Shown here: one piece after another, positions 51,958 through 63,272 of the stretch | Numbering within the stretch: position 1 is the stretch's first letter | How the letters are laid out: each line of letters begins with the position of its first letter | Assembly: GCA_000002445.1 (NCBI GenBank) | Contig: CH464491.1 | Location: forward strand, 1,984,001-2,048,000 | Direction of reading: 5' to 3' | Length of the DNA: 64,000 nt | From: Trypanosoma brucei | Taxonomy: Eukaryota | Made by a program: the position numbers and the translations under genes | Notes under the pieces: generated by a model | What the model was told of the DNA's origin: nothing | Databases searched by the model: none | What the model saw: the letters and a program-made list of their open reading frames with translations, nothing else

Positions 51958-53568
51958 TTGCTGTATTGAGCGTTGTCGCTATCTCTTCTCCCCTCCTTTG
52001 ACGTGTAAATGATGAGATTTACGTGTGAAATGTGAGGGGTGGTCTTTGGATGACAGGGCTTAAGGAGATGGGCGAAACCCCCACAACTGGTAAGAAGACG
52101 CGATCATTTCTCAATCTTATTTATTTTTCTACTTTTCGTTTTAGAACCACCTCTCGTAGATCCTTTCAGACATGTTGCCTTTTCAGGTGGCTGCTCCGCA
52201 TTAATACCATTTGCGCGTAGCGTTTTGTTACTTGTTCCCTTAGTGCGTGCGTACGTACCTGTCTCATGCTTACACATACAACAACGCAAGTGGTGAGGAG
52301 AGAGTAGTTAAAGGAGTGGAGCCAGAGAGTTTTTGTCTTTCGCCCCTTGAGAGCGTTGACCACAGGGGTAGGGAATGAAAAGGGGGAAAGAATACCTGTG
52401 TCGTGCTGTGGTTTTCTTTCCACTGCAGATGAAGCTACACCTTTCTCTATTCTCTCGTGGGGCGGTTAATGTTGTCCATTCATTATTCAGTCCCTTCCCG
52501 GTAGTACATGGACAGCACGAGTCAAGCAACAGCGGCATTAATTTCTGTTCTGACACAAGTTGGATAACAGTGCCTGTACTGTAGCCCTCAGAAAATCGCA
52601 AGTAATGGGAAAGCATGGTGAATGGTGTTTGTGCCAGCGAAGAGATAAATGCAAGACAAAGTGGACCGTGCGACAATTTTGGTTTCTCCTAAAGCGACGA
52701 ATCCCTCTCATTATAATTTCTGTCTTTTTTACTCGCGAACAACATGGGTATGTGTATGTGTGTGCCGGACAACTTCATTTGCATTGGGGATGTTTACCAT
52801 CACGTCACTTACCGGAGCAACGAAGGTAGTATGATCTGTAAAGTGTATTTCGTTGGGAGACGTGGTGTTTTTTGCGTGTGGAAGGAAGCTGATCGTGCGC
52901 CGCAACACGTGTGTGCGCGTTCGTGTCTGCTTCGGTGATGTGACACCTTGTGATCATTCAATGGTGAGCATTGTTTGTTATCTTGCCGTGGCTATTTTCA
53001 CACGATCTGCTTCTTTGATTTGTTTGTTCGTTTATGTTTTCCAATCCTTTTTAATGTTATATTCATGGACTGATTTCCACTTATTTTACACTATATATAT
53101 ATATTAGCATGTACGACCACGTGGTCGCACTGCTTTTTTTTCCTTAAGTGGGGAGGCGGGTGTGGAAAATGTAACCTGATCTATTCGGTAACTTATTTGT
53201 TTCTGTGGTGCGCGCGCGGTGAGGGCACGTTAATTTTCTTTTTTTTTTTTCTACCCTTCCCTTGCGCATTGTTGCAGGTCTATTATTATCACTGTGTTCT
53301 TTTTGCATCTTTTTGTTTTGTTATTCACCCATCTCTATTTACCCTTCCCTTTCCCCCTTCTTCCACATTCCTTTTTTTTACTGTGTAAGTGTCTACTAGG
53401 TGAGGCAGGGCGGTTCAAGAAGGAGGTGTGTATTTTCTTTCACTTTCCTACTTGTTTGCTTTTTTTTTATTCCTTACGGGGCAGGGCGAGGGGCATACAT
53501 ACAAAAAGTGACACAATTGCTGGATCGTGGTGGTGTCGGTTCCCCCTAGAGGAGAGGATCTATTCGCA

Positions 53569-55107
53569 ATGGAAAGACAATCTGATGAAGATATGCTCGT
53601 TGGCACCAACGATGAACCCGGAACGTGTAGGATGGTAATGAATGAGATCCTCGAACTGAGATGGCGTGCGCTCGTTGCCATATGTCTTCTCACCTTCGGC
53701 TCGTATTACGTTGTGGATTTTCCCGGTTCTATGGGCACTGGGAGTGGGAATACAATTGAACAGTATTTCCGAGACCACAATATGGAATACACTCAAGAAA
53801 TGAACCAATTGTTATATAGCGTATATTCATGGCCCAACACTGTACTTGCTTTCTTTGGTGGTTTGCTAATTGACAAGTATCTGGGAATCCGTACGGCTGC
53901 ATTGCTTTTCACATCGTTAGTTGTCTGTGGTTCTTTGCTGTTCTGGGTGGGATTGCGATTTACCTACTTTCCATTGATGGTGGGCTCCCGTGTTATACTG
54001 GGTATTGGAAGTGAATCTTTGGGTGTGGCCCAATCATCGTACGTGGCTCGTTGGTTCAAGAATACTCGCGGTGTTGCACTGGCGTTTGGCGTTACAATAA
54101 GCTTCTCACGTGTTGGTTCTTCGTTCAACTTCATATTCACCCCAACAATTGCTGAGTCTCTTGGAGTGGAGGTTGCAACCCTTGCTGGCGTTGCCATGTG
54201 CGGGGTGTCACTTCTTGCTTGCATAATTCTGGTAGTAGTTGATTTGTACGCGGTACGGACGAAATACATACGTGCTGAGCCATGTGATGACGAGGAAAGC
54301 GTGATGAAGCTTTCCGATGTGTTTCGGTTGCCTTTTACGTTCTGGGCACTCACTTTTATGTGCACCTTTTCCTATACCGCCATAATGCCCTTCATAAGTA
54401 TCGCGCGAAACTACTTCCAGGTTAAATACGACATTGATGGGACCCAAGCTGCCCTGTATATTTCCGCCTATCAGCTCTCAGCCGCCATCGGCTCACCTGT
54501 GATTGGTTCCATTGTTGGCGCTTTGGGACGTAACACACTGTGGCTGATACTCTCGTCCACTTTCATCGGTGTCTTTCATCTTGTACTACTCTTGACAAAC
54601 ATTCGTGGTGACCTGCTGATGGCGTCGTTGGGTGTTGTTTACAGTTTTCTCGTTTCCGGCTTGTGGCCATCTATTCCGTTGGCTGTGGAAGAGAACGTGG
54701 TGGGAGTGTCATATGGTGCCATGACATCCTTGCAGAACATTGGATTAGCAGTGTTCCCTCTAGTAGTTGGGAAGATTCTTGATGCTTATACTCCTGATCA
54801 TAACAGTAGCAGCATAATTGACCTGGCGTTTGACGCTGAGCTCCTCAACGGAAACAGTAATGCATCTGCTGACGGCCCACACCCAACTCTTGAGGGTTAT
54901 GAAGTGGCTGAACTAGTATTTATAGGATCAGCGGGTGTCGCCCTCTTGGCGTCTATGGCGGTGCTCATAGCGGACAAGTGCGGTAGGGGTATTCTCAGTG
55001 CTTCAGCGAAAAAGCGTGGACAAATGAAGGATGAAAAGCGGGAGAGCCTCCTGAATCATCTTCCCGAAGAGGAGAGGACTTTGGTATATTTGCATCGTGA
55101 GCCCTAG
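53569..55107 (+). CDS. Major facilitator superfamily transporter (512 aa from the ATG), 12-TM type, MFSD1-like.
   Basis: The ORF-track start at 53527 is GTG. The ATG is at 53569 (MERQSDED). There are two 6-helix bundles of hydrophobic segments. MFS loop motif between TM2 and TM3: GGLLIDKYLGIRTAALLF. A second occurrence in the C-terminal half: GSIVGALGRNTLWL. Confidence 0.7.
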   Translation: MERQSDEDMLVGTNDEPGTCRMVMNEILELRWRALVAICLLTFGSYYVVDFPGSMGTGSGNTIEQYFRDHNMEYTQEMNQLLYSVYSWPNTVLAFFGGLLIDKYLGIRTAALLFTSLVVCGSLLFWVGLRFTYFPLMVGSRVILGIGSESLGVAQSSYVARWFKNTRGVALAFGVTISFSRVGSSFNFIFTPTIAESLGVEVATLAGVAMCGVSLLACIILVVVDLYAVRTKYIRAEPCDDEESVMKLSDVFRLPFTFWALTFMCTFSYTAIMPFISIARNYFQVKYDIDGTQAALYISAYQLSAAIGSPVIGSIVGALGRNTLWLILSSTFIGVFHLVLLLTNIRGDLLMASLGVVYSFLVSGLWPSIPLAVEENVVGVSYGAMTSLQNIGLAVFPLVVGKILDAYTPDHNSSSIIDLAFDAELLNGNSNASADGPHPTLEGYEVAELVFIGSAGVALLASMAVLIADKCGRGILSASAKKRGQMKDEKRESLLNHLPEEERTLVYLHREP

Positions 55108-56017
55108 ACGCTTCGCAACGGAGGTCTTTTATTTTTCTTTTTTGTCGTGTGCCTGTCCTGTGGGGTAGTGCCGTGTTTTGGAAAAATCGGCGTATTAAGT
55201 TCATGAGAGAGACGAAGTGTGTGGAAGGGCCCACCTTGGGAATTAAGTGGAAAATGAATGTGATGGGGGATTTTTTTCTTTTCGTGCGCCTTTGCTTATC
55301 GCTATTCATCCTCCGCCGCGCAAGCAATAAGTCACGTCCGCTCCCTTTAAATGTAAGCACGCGCCTTGCGTCGGAGCGTAGAATGTGTGCGCGGGCGGAA
55401 ACTGTTCAAACAGCGGTATAACTTTTAAGTCCAGGAGTTTAGAAGAGGGAGATGTAACGGAGCGAAATGGAAGAGTTGGGGCACAGAGAGGACGGGGTCT
55501 GGAGCGGCTCTTACATTTTCCTCACTTTGTTGTTTCCCTTTTTATTTTGTCTGCTGTTCCGCCTTTGTTTCACTGTTTTTTAACAACGTAGCAAACTCCC
55601 TCCTTTTGTGGCACTTTAGTTTCACGTTGCCGGTTCGGTGGAAGCAACGTCAGGGTACCTTGACCTCCTGTCCTCTCCAATGATTTGCTCCCTCGTTTTT
55701 CTTTTTTTTCCCCCCCATCCCTTTTCATTACTTACTCTCTTCATCATATGCTCATTCCTTGACTTTATTCGCCACTTTACCCTCACACCACAACCTTTTC
55801 ACACCTTGCGAGTGTCTTTCTGTCTCAAGTGAGAAATTCCCCCCGTTCTCTGTTTTTCTTCGACTGAGGCTGTATTTGCCTTGGCAAAACTTTACGGTGC
55901 CGATGATGTTTCGTGGTTACTCATGTCTTTTGCATGTGTACATATGTAAATATACATGTATGTTATATTTTGACCTTTCTTTACTTTGATTTTCTACTTG
56001 GACAACAGTGTGTGCCG

Positions 56018-56818
56018 ATGCCTAGTAGGGCAGTTCTTCGAAAAAAGGCTCGACGCGAGTCAAAACGTCGGAAAGATGAAACTGAGGGCAAAACTACTGC
56101 CTTTAAGCTGCAGGCTATGGAGCAGTTAGGGAAGTCCCATAAGGCAGACGCCACAAAACATGTGGCCAGTGACCGGAAGGTGCAGTGCAATAAACGTCCG
56201 CGTGGGGAAACAGTGAAGGAAAAAGACACGGATGTCTGTGAGGTACTTGAGGGCGCTAGCCGAAAGGAACGTAAGCGATTCGAGGCAAAGCGGCGGTTTG
56301 AACGACAGCTGGGAGCGCTGAATCGGTCACTGGCAGCCGTAACTTCTAATACTGATGGAACTTCTAGGGATGCAGCGCCCTCTGCTGAGGAGGCACACCA
56401 ACGACATGATCCTAAATACAAAAACGGGACTTTCTGGCGGGATCGTAAGGAACGGCGAAGAAGAACCGTTTTCCTGGGTAATGTACCCGCTAAGCTAACC
56501 GAACAAGACGTTACCAGTCTTATTAGTGACACTTTGAGAAAAGGGTGGACACCACCTGAAGAGGATGGCATTGCTGATGTGGACGTGGTTATTGAAGAGG
56601 AAGTTGTGGAATCGGTGGATTTCATTAAGTCGATGCCCCGAGCGAAACGGCGTCACATGTATGTGACCATGTGCTCCATAAAGGCAGCTGAGTCTGCCAC
56701 TAAGCTGCTTGATGGGAAAATGATGGAGGGGATCGCATTGCGGTGCAATTTCGCTGCTGATAAAGTGCAGCGCGGCGAAGCAATTCAGAGGCGGTCGGCT
56801 TCTGGCAGCGAGCATTAG
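56018..56818 (+). CDS. Basic protein with a C-terminal RRM-like domain (266 aa), possibly a nucleolar RNA-binding protein.
   Basis: The ORF-track start at 55913 is GTG, and the region 55921-56008 is AT-rich polyY ending in an AG. The ATG is at 56018 (MPSRAVLRKK). K/R-rich N-terminal half. RRM-like sequence: RTVFLGNVPAKLTEQDV...HMYVTMCSIKAAESATKLLDGKMMEGIALRCNFA. Confidence 0.45.
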   Translation: MPSRAVLRKKARRESKRRKDETEGKTTAFKLQAMEQLGKSHKADATKHVASDRKVQCNKRPRGETVKEKDTDVCEVLEGASRKERKRFEAKRRFERQLGALNRSLAAVTSNTDGTSRDAAPSAEEAHQRHDPKYKNGTFWRDRKERRRRTVFLGNVPAKLTEQDVTSLISDTLRKGWTPPEEDGIADVDVVIEEEVVESVDFIKSMPRAKRRHMYVTMCSIKAAESATKLLDGKMMEGIALRCNFAADKVQRGEAIQRRSASGSEH

Positions 56819-57232
56819 TTTGTCACCACGTGGCGGAAGTCGGTAGGGGTGATGACGTTACTGAACCGAAAACGAGGATAAGTTAACAGTGCTCTTTCCG
56901 TTTTGTTTTCTGACCTTACGCTCGTTATGTGTAAGAAGGGATAATACGTGTAAAGCAGAGCGATGGTGGCAGTTGGGCATTTGTGTGCTTCCACATATGT
57001 CTTCTTCTTGCGATATTTACAGTCCCGCTGAGTTATCTTTCTTTTTTTATCCCTTTTTCTCTCGGTCGCTCCCTTCGGCGCAAGCTTCTGTGCTTTAAGA
57101 ACGAATATTAGGTAGTTACAGTAGCGGGGTTTGGACATCACATACACTGCATTTGTATTCTTTTTCCAACTAAACAAAGGTGTCGGGGTTGGAGGTGACA
57201 CGCCATTAAGGTACGTTGTGACAATAGTTCAA

Positions 57233-58477
57233 ATGAGCCGGTTGTTGTCTCCATCTGTCGCTCTGAGCGTAGAAAATGGTTTTGCTGATATTGGAGAATT
57301 CTGCGCCTCGTCACCTGATACTTCCTCATCAGTTTCCGAGTCTCTGGCATCGGCAGAACTTCCTCAGTTACATCAACAGCATAAACTGGGTGGGGTGGAT
57401 TTGAATGAAGTTGCTGATGAGCTTGAAGAAGAACTTGTTCTTTGCCTAAGCACCGGTTACTGCAACCTTTCACAGATGGGCTTTGTTACTACTCCCGCCA
57501 ACATTCCATATGAGTCCTTGGTTACCTTGTTACTATCGGGGAACCAAATTAAGGAAATATCTGAGAGTCTTTTTACAAATGGAAATTTCCAATTCCTCTG
57601 CAAGCTTGACTTGAGTTCTAACTGCTTGGAGTCGGTTCCGAAGTCTCTGTTCAAGTTGATGAAACTGGAGGTACTGCTGTTGGACCACAACAACATAACG
57701 AGGCTGCCGGTTTCTGTTGATGAACAAATTGGCAGTCAGCTTCTGCCAGCGCTTCAACGTATCGGTCTCGAATTCAACGACCTCAGTAGATTCCCTATTG
57801 AGCTCTTTAAGCATTGTCCCTCTCTGGAGGCAGTTTATCTGAGCCAGAATCTACGTATGCTAAACGAACCAGTTTCTGTGAAACAGCTCCTTCAAGCTGC
57901 AGCTGTGGAATCCAGTAAAGAGAACCACCGCGTTCTCCTTAAGGTGGACAACAAACCAGTTTTTGTTCAGCAAATGTACGACGAGAAGTGGGACGAGGTG
58001 CTCCCATGGTTGGACGTGGAGCTACATAAGATATATCCAGACAAGGTTTTGTCCTTTCTTTACCTTGGGTCTCTGCGTACGGCGCAAACTCCGCTCGTCT
58101 ATCGTGATCTTGATATAGGTTTCATATTGAGTGCCGGCCGGAATATGACAGTTCACGTGGAGTCCGGCATGAGACATCTTGTGCTTCCGATCGATGATCA
58201 TCCGGGGGAAAAGTTGCGACCCATTTTTGACATGGCATTTAACTTCATTGACGATGCGCGCGAGGAGGGAAAAGGGGTCCTGCTGCACTGTTTTGCGGGG
58301 TTATCCCGCTCTGTCACCATTGCGGTAGCTTATTTGATGAGTCGTTATAACTACAAGCGCGATGAGGCTATAGAGATGATAAGGAGGGTGCGCCCGTCGT
58401 CGCAACCGAACTCGGGGTTTATGGACATATTAGCACAGTATGAACAGGAACTAAACAATCAAAAGCATCATATGTAA
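57233..58477 (+). CDS. Leucine-rich-repeat protein fused to a dual-specificity protein phosphatase domain (414 aa), LRR-DUSP architecture.
   Basis: The ORF-track start at 57131 is TTG. The ATG is at 57233 (MSRLLSP) after a polyY tract at 57149-57180. LRRs: LLLSGNQIKEISESLF...LDLSSNCLESVPKSLFKLMKLEVLLLDHNNITRLP. DUSP P-loop: VLLHCFAGLSRSVTIAVAYLM (HCxxGxxRS), with an upstream Asp loop. Confidence 0.8.
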   Translation: MSRLLSPSVALSVENGFADIGEFCASSPDTSSSVSESLASAELPQLHQQHKLGGVDLNEVADELEEELVLCLSTGYCNLSQMGFVTTPANIPYESLVTLLLSGNQIKEISESLFTNGNFQFLCKLDLSSNCLESVPKSLFKLMKLEVLLLDHNNITRLPVSVDEQIGSQLLPALQRIGLEFNDLSRFPIELFKHCPSLEAVYLSQNLRMLNEPVSVKQLLQAAAVESSKENHRVLLKVDNKPVFVQQMYDEKWDEVLPWLDVELHKIYPDKVLSFLYLGSLRTAQTPLVYRDLDIGFILSAGRNMTVHVESGMRHLVLPIDDHPGEKLRPIFDMAFNFIDDAREEGKGVLLHCFAGLSRSVTIAVAYLMSRYNYKRDEAIEMIRRVRPSSQPNSGFMDILAQYEQELNNQKHHM

Positions 58478-58865
58478 CATGAGGTGGTTGCATGTGTGTA
58501 GAACCGATCTGTTACCATCTCTCCCACCCAACAATTATACTTGGGGGGGGAAATGCATGAATTGGTAGAGACCTTGCCACCGAATTGGTAATAAGTTCGG
58601 TATGTTTGTGTTGGGGTGAGTTATTCGTGCTATCCCATTTTCTCATCTACGCAGCATGTCCTTGTGCATGCGTAGGAAACACGCCTATATATATATGTAG
58701 ATGTCCGTGGCTGTGGTATAGAACCCACGGCTGCGTTTTTTTGTTCCGTTTTTGTTCTCATAGTTTCAACTGTTTACTGATTTTTTTTTTGGTGTAAAAC
58801 AACATTGCCATCCATATATCTTGGCGGGTGTCGTAGCCATTCTGCGTCCGGTTGGCCCATTGCCC

Positions 58866-58868
<3 letters not shown>

Positions 58869-58905
<37 letters not shown>
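58869..58905. repeat. (AT)n dinucleotide microsatellite, about 18 units, intergenic.
   Basis: Read directly: atatatatatatatatatatatatatatatatata. Confidence 0.95.
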
Positions 58906-58907
<2 letters not shown>

Positions 58908-59377
58908 CCTTCGTGTACAAACCTCTTCCACTTAAGAGTGAAGGATTTCCCCTGCGCACGTTTTTTTTCTTATTTATCTACGTTCTTCTATATAATTTTC
59001 GTTGTTCTGTGGCCCGCTTACGCACGGGCGAAGGAGGAGGGGTTAAGTCGACCATTATGTTGGATGGCGGTAGGCTCGCCTTTAACGTTGTTCTATTTTT
59101 TTAGTGTTTTCCCCCCTTTTATCAGTACTTTTCCATTTCCTTTTTTCAGAGCATATTAAGGTTTTTTTTCCCCATTTTTGTTGGAGACGGTGGTACCTGC
59201 TACTTTGCAGCACTGCGGTAAATGAGTACACAGCGTTGACGTAGTAATTCCCTTCTGCTTCTTCTCTTTCAGTTTGACATTCTTTCGGCCATACCTTTTA
59301 TCCCTTCTTTGCACTTCCATCTAAAACTTTTTGGCACCGTGTTGCGCATCAGCGGGGTTAATAAATAACAAGAAGAA

Positions 59378-60010
59378 ATGTCAACGCAGCTGGTTCGCGA
59401 GGTTATTTTCTCCTCCGTTGTTTGGACAGCGGGTGATTTTCTCGCTCAGTTTTTAGATGTCCATATCGATGCTGCGCGTCGCCGCGCCGCTGGTGAACCG
59501 AAAAGCGATCACCCCTCTGGAAAGCAAATGATAATAATGGTGGATCAACAAAGGTTGGGGTTTGCTGCCGTGTTTGGTGCCATTGTTGCGCCTGGGATGA
59601 TTCACTTTCGTGGCATATTAGCCCGTGTGGTAGGCTCGGCTCATGGCAATACATTGGCTGCCTTTTCTATTCTCACCGCTCAGCAGTTGTTTGCCACACC
59701 GCTCATGTTGCTGTTCTATCACAATAGTGCGACGATGGTTCGCGGCGGATTTACCGATCCAAGCTTTTTATCTGCTCACGAAACCAGCGTGATCGCAAGA
59801 CTGCGTGGCCGCTACGATGCCATGGCCGTGGAGCGGCGCATTGCGATTGATATTTTGCCCCAAACACTCCTCGCTTCCTGGTGTGTTTTCTTACCTCAGG
59901 TACTGCACAGTTATATGCGCGGGAGGTCTCTTAGAAGCCGTTACGCTGCTTGTCTGCACATTCCATGGCTCGCTTATGTATCGTACGTGCAGAGCACGAT
60001 GTTATTGTGA
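59378..60010 (+). CDS. Mpv17/PMP22-family small integral membrane protein (210 aa), peroxisomal or mitochondrial inner-membrane type.
   Basis: ATG verified at 59378. About 4 hydrophobic helices. The N-terminal VVWTAGDFLAQFL resembles the Mpv17 TAG..G.GD...Q motif, and the overall length fits. Confidence 0.45.
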   Translation: MSTQLVREVIFSSVVWTAGDFLAQFLDVHIDAARRRAAGEPKSDHPSGKQMIIMVDQQRLGFAAVFGAIVAPGMIHFRGILARVVGSAHGNTLAAFSILTAQQLFATPLMLLFYHNSATMVRGGFTDPSFLSAHETSVIARLRGRYDAMAVERRIAIDILPQTLLASWCVFLPQVLHSYMRGRSLRSRYAACLHIPWLAYVSYVQSTMLL

Positions 60011-60778
60011 ATGCACATGAACGGAATATAACTCGTGATGTGTATGTGGTGTATATGTCAATGTTGAGGGTGAGGTGGAGTGAGCTTGGTGGGAACCATT
60101 ATCGCTATTCCCCAAACGCGTATAATTCATTCATTGTGTACTGGGGAAAATAGTGGTGTGAGGCCACCTCCCGTTGCGCCACCGGTAGACAAAAAAAATG
60201 TGCTGATGAAGGAGGGTGGAAGGGATTCAGAAAGTAAAAGGATACCACATGAGAGGCGTGTGGTATTGAGAAAAGTGATTAGTTGGTGGGGAGCTGTCAA
60301 AGCGGTGGGTGGGCATCTTCATCTATTTTTTTTTTACGTTTGAGATAAATTTACGTTCGAATGGATGCATAAGTTTAACCACACACTCCAAGAGCGTGTG
60401 GTCTTACGTCCACGTTAATACTTTTGTCTTCCTCAGCGTGACACTTTACAAGTGTGGATGGCGTGACCATCCTCTACCTAAGGCGCATCTGGACGTCGAC
60501 ATCTATGCATACTTGAGTGTGCCACCTCTTCCTTTCCCTCTTGCTTTTGGTGCCATTTTCCCCATATTTTTTTTGTCTTGTAGCCGGACAAGTGTGAACT
60601 CGGATAGGGTTGCGCCTTCACCACAACAGTCACACACATTATCATAGCGACTACATCAGTCCTTGTTATTAGTTTTTTTTTTCACCGCTATACAATTGTC
60701 AGTTTTCTTAACGACGTCTTCGCAATCTGTAGTGCTTTAATATTTACACGCAGAACTACGCGTGGACGGTAGTAGTGG

Positions 60779-62458
60779 ATGCAAAGTTCCTCTGAGACGA
60801 TGGTTTCCTCTGCATCCCCATTATCGGTTGACGAACCCGATTTGTGGGATGCGAGTGAAATGCCAGTGGAGCTTTCAAGGCAGTTGGCAGTCGTAGAGGC
60901 AATATCCATAAAGTATGCCAACACGCAGTACGAGGGCTTTGGCTCCTTTCATTCAGAAAATGTAGAGGATGTTATAGGCATGGATGACAAAGAATATCGT
61001 CCTCCCTCACTTCCGTCCTTTGCTCGCAGGATCCTTTCCTCCACTGAGCTTCAGGAGATTCGGACTATGGGCGATAACGAGGCCAGAGAGGAAGAAATAA
61101 TGCAGCGCCCAGTTGCGAGATGTGACTTCGGGCGTGTGTTCCGCCGAGAGCATTTTGTGGTAACGCCTAAATTCGTGTTCCTCAACCACGGCGCCTTTGG
61201 TGGAGCGCTGCGCGGTGCATTAGAAGTTAAACACAGATTTGAGATGATGATGGAACATCAAGTAGTACAATACATGGACCGAATTCTGCTTCCACTTGCG
61301 TTGTACAGTGTCCGGAGGCTTGCAGAGTTTGTTAATGCGGACCCCAAACAAATAGTCATTGCGACAAACGCAACATTTATGTTGAATTCCGCCATGGAGT
61401 TAATTGAGAAGGATGACGTTGTTGCATACTTTGACACAGAGTATCTTTCCGTGTACAAGATGATGTACTTCCGATGCAAGAAAGTCGGTGCTTCTCTCCA
61501 TGAGGTTCCCTTACTGAAGTATTGGAATAACCCGGATATTATGGGTGATGACGAAGCTCTGACTCGTGAAATGTGCTCTAACCTGCCAGGAGGTTGTACA
61601 ACGGTTGTGGTTGATCACATCACGTCAACTACGGCCCTCCTCTTTCCGGTGTTCACGCACCTCATTCCGTCTCTGAAGCGCTGTGGCGTGAGGAAGGTTA
61701 TTGTTGACGGGGCTCATGCTCCACTCCAGGTGGACTTGGATTTTAAAGCACTTCCAGAGGAGTGTCAACCGAGCGTTTTCGTTGGTAATCTGCACAAATG
61801 GTGTTCTCTCCCTAAATCTGCTGGTTTCATGTGGGTGCACAGCACGCTAGTTGATTCCGTCCATCCTGTTGTGCTGTCACACGGGTCTGGTGACGGGCTC
61901 TTGTCGGAATTCATATGGGACGGCACCCGTGACCATAGTAGTTATCTTTGCATACCAGCTGTTATCGACTTTTGGTATGCTCAGGGACACAAGCGCGTGA
62001 GGGAGTATTGCATAGACTTGCTTCAGCAGGCAGCAGTGATGCTCTCGGAAAGTTTTGACACGAAACTTGTTAGCCGTCATTCACCATTTATGAGCCTGGT
62101 TGAACTACCGAAAGTGTTGCAAACTCCCAATGTAACACCAAGATACCTCCAGGACGTTCTACACGATGTGTACCGAGTGGAAGTGCCCGTGAAGAAGGTG
62201 GAGGGACGGCTGTATGTTCGAATCAGTGCTTTTGTTTATAATGAGCGTAGCGACTATGTGTATCTGCGTGAAGCCGTGTTGAGCATGAGCAGGAAGTTGG
62301 GTAGTATACTGATGCGAAAGGGAGTTTCGGGGAAAACGGAGGAGACTCCACCAGATAATCAAAAGGTTCTTAGTGACAAACATGTACGGGAAAAAACCGG
62401 CTGCGGGTTGTGCGGACTTAACTCCGTTTCAAAGAGGCGCAGGGGTTCACGGTTTTGA
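60779..62458 (+). CDS. PLP-dependent enzyme of the aminotransferase class V fold (559 aa), like isopenicillin-N-epimerase or cysteine desulfurase / C-S lyase.
   Basis: ATG verified at 60779. Matches class V large-domain motifs: FLNHGAFGGAL, VVVDHITSTTALLFPV, and VIVDGAHAPLQVDLDF. Candidate PLP-lysine context: FVGNLHKWCSLPKSAGFMWV. Confidence 0.6.
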   Translation: MQSSSETMVSSASPLSVDEPDLWDASEMPVELSRQLAVVEAISIKYANTQYEGFGSFHSENVEDVIGMDDKEYRPPSLPSFARRILSSTELQEIRTMGDNEAREEEIMQRPVARCDFGRVFRREHFVVTPKFVFLNHGAFGGALRGALEVKHRFEMMMEHQVVQYMDRILLPLALYSVRRLAEFVNADPKQIVIATNATFMLNSAMELIEKDDVVAYFDTEYLSVYKMMYFRCKKVGASLHEVPLLKYWNNPDIMGDDEALTREMCSNLPGGCTTVVVDHITSTTALLFPVFTHLIPSLKRCGVRKVIVDGAHAPLQVDLDFKALPEECQPSVFVGNLHKWCSLPKSAGFMWVHSTLVDSVHPVVLSHGSGDGLLSEFIWDGTRDHSSYLCIPAVIDFWYAQGHKRVREYCIDLLQQAAVMLSESFDTKLVSRHSPFMSLVELPKVLQTPNVTPRYLQDVLHDVYRVEVPVKKVEGRLYVRISAFVYNERSDYVYLREAVLSMSRKLGSILMRKGVSGKTEETPPDNQKVLSDKHVREKTGCGLCGLNSVSKRRRGSRF

Positions 62459-63272
62459 TTCGGGTATTTTGTAGCTGAGAGACAGCTCACTCCTTTTGAT
62501 GACCGTTTTAGTCATCTGTGTTGTAAAACACATGAAAGAATGGTCGTGTATTAGTGGTATGCTATGCTTTTGTTTTGTTTTATTATTTTTTTTCCTTGTT
62601 TCATCCTCCCCCGTCCTGTGTTCTCGTTTTCTTCCATCGGTAGTGGTGCTTCCCTTTTGGAGGCTCGCTTTTACCCCCTTTTGGCATTATTTTTATCGTT
62701 GGTATCGTTCATCCATGTTTATTTCACGTATCGGCATAATTCCACACACCAACCCACAATTGTGTATTCGCGCACGGATCCAACGGATTGTAACGCTATT
62801 AGTTAGTGGAAAAGGGGGGTCAATTAAATAACAAATGCGCCTGAGGAAGAAACGAATGATGATATATACATATATATCAGAAGAGATGAACTAATCCGAT
62901 AAACCTTTAATTTTTAATCATCATGATACCGGCGCGCGCACTCTACCTGTTTTGTATTTACTGGGGAGAGAGGGAGGGAGGGGGGAAGGGGGAAAAGGGG
63001 CCGGAAAAAACCGCTGCATACTTCCCGGACTTGTTTGTTTCCTTTTCCTACCCAGTCCCACCACCGTCGCGGAGCTGAACTATCTTGGTGTGGACTCGTT
63101 CAGCTACAGACGCATGTGCTTACTTGCATTTGAGGTACATATATCCATTATTCTTTTTTCACTTCGCCATCAATTCAAACTATCTTCTCACCTGTAACTT
63201 CATAATTTAATGGAAGATAAGGGGTATTACTTACGAACAGAAGGGAGTAACCGAGAAGTTGAACACAAAAAG

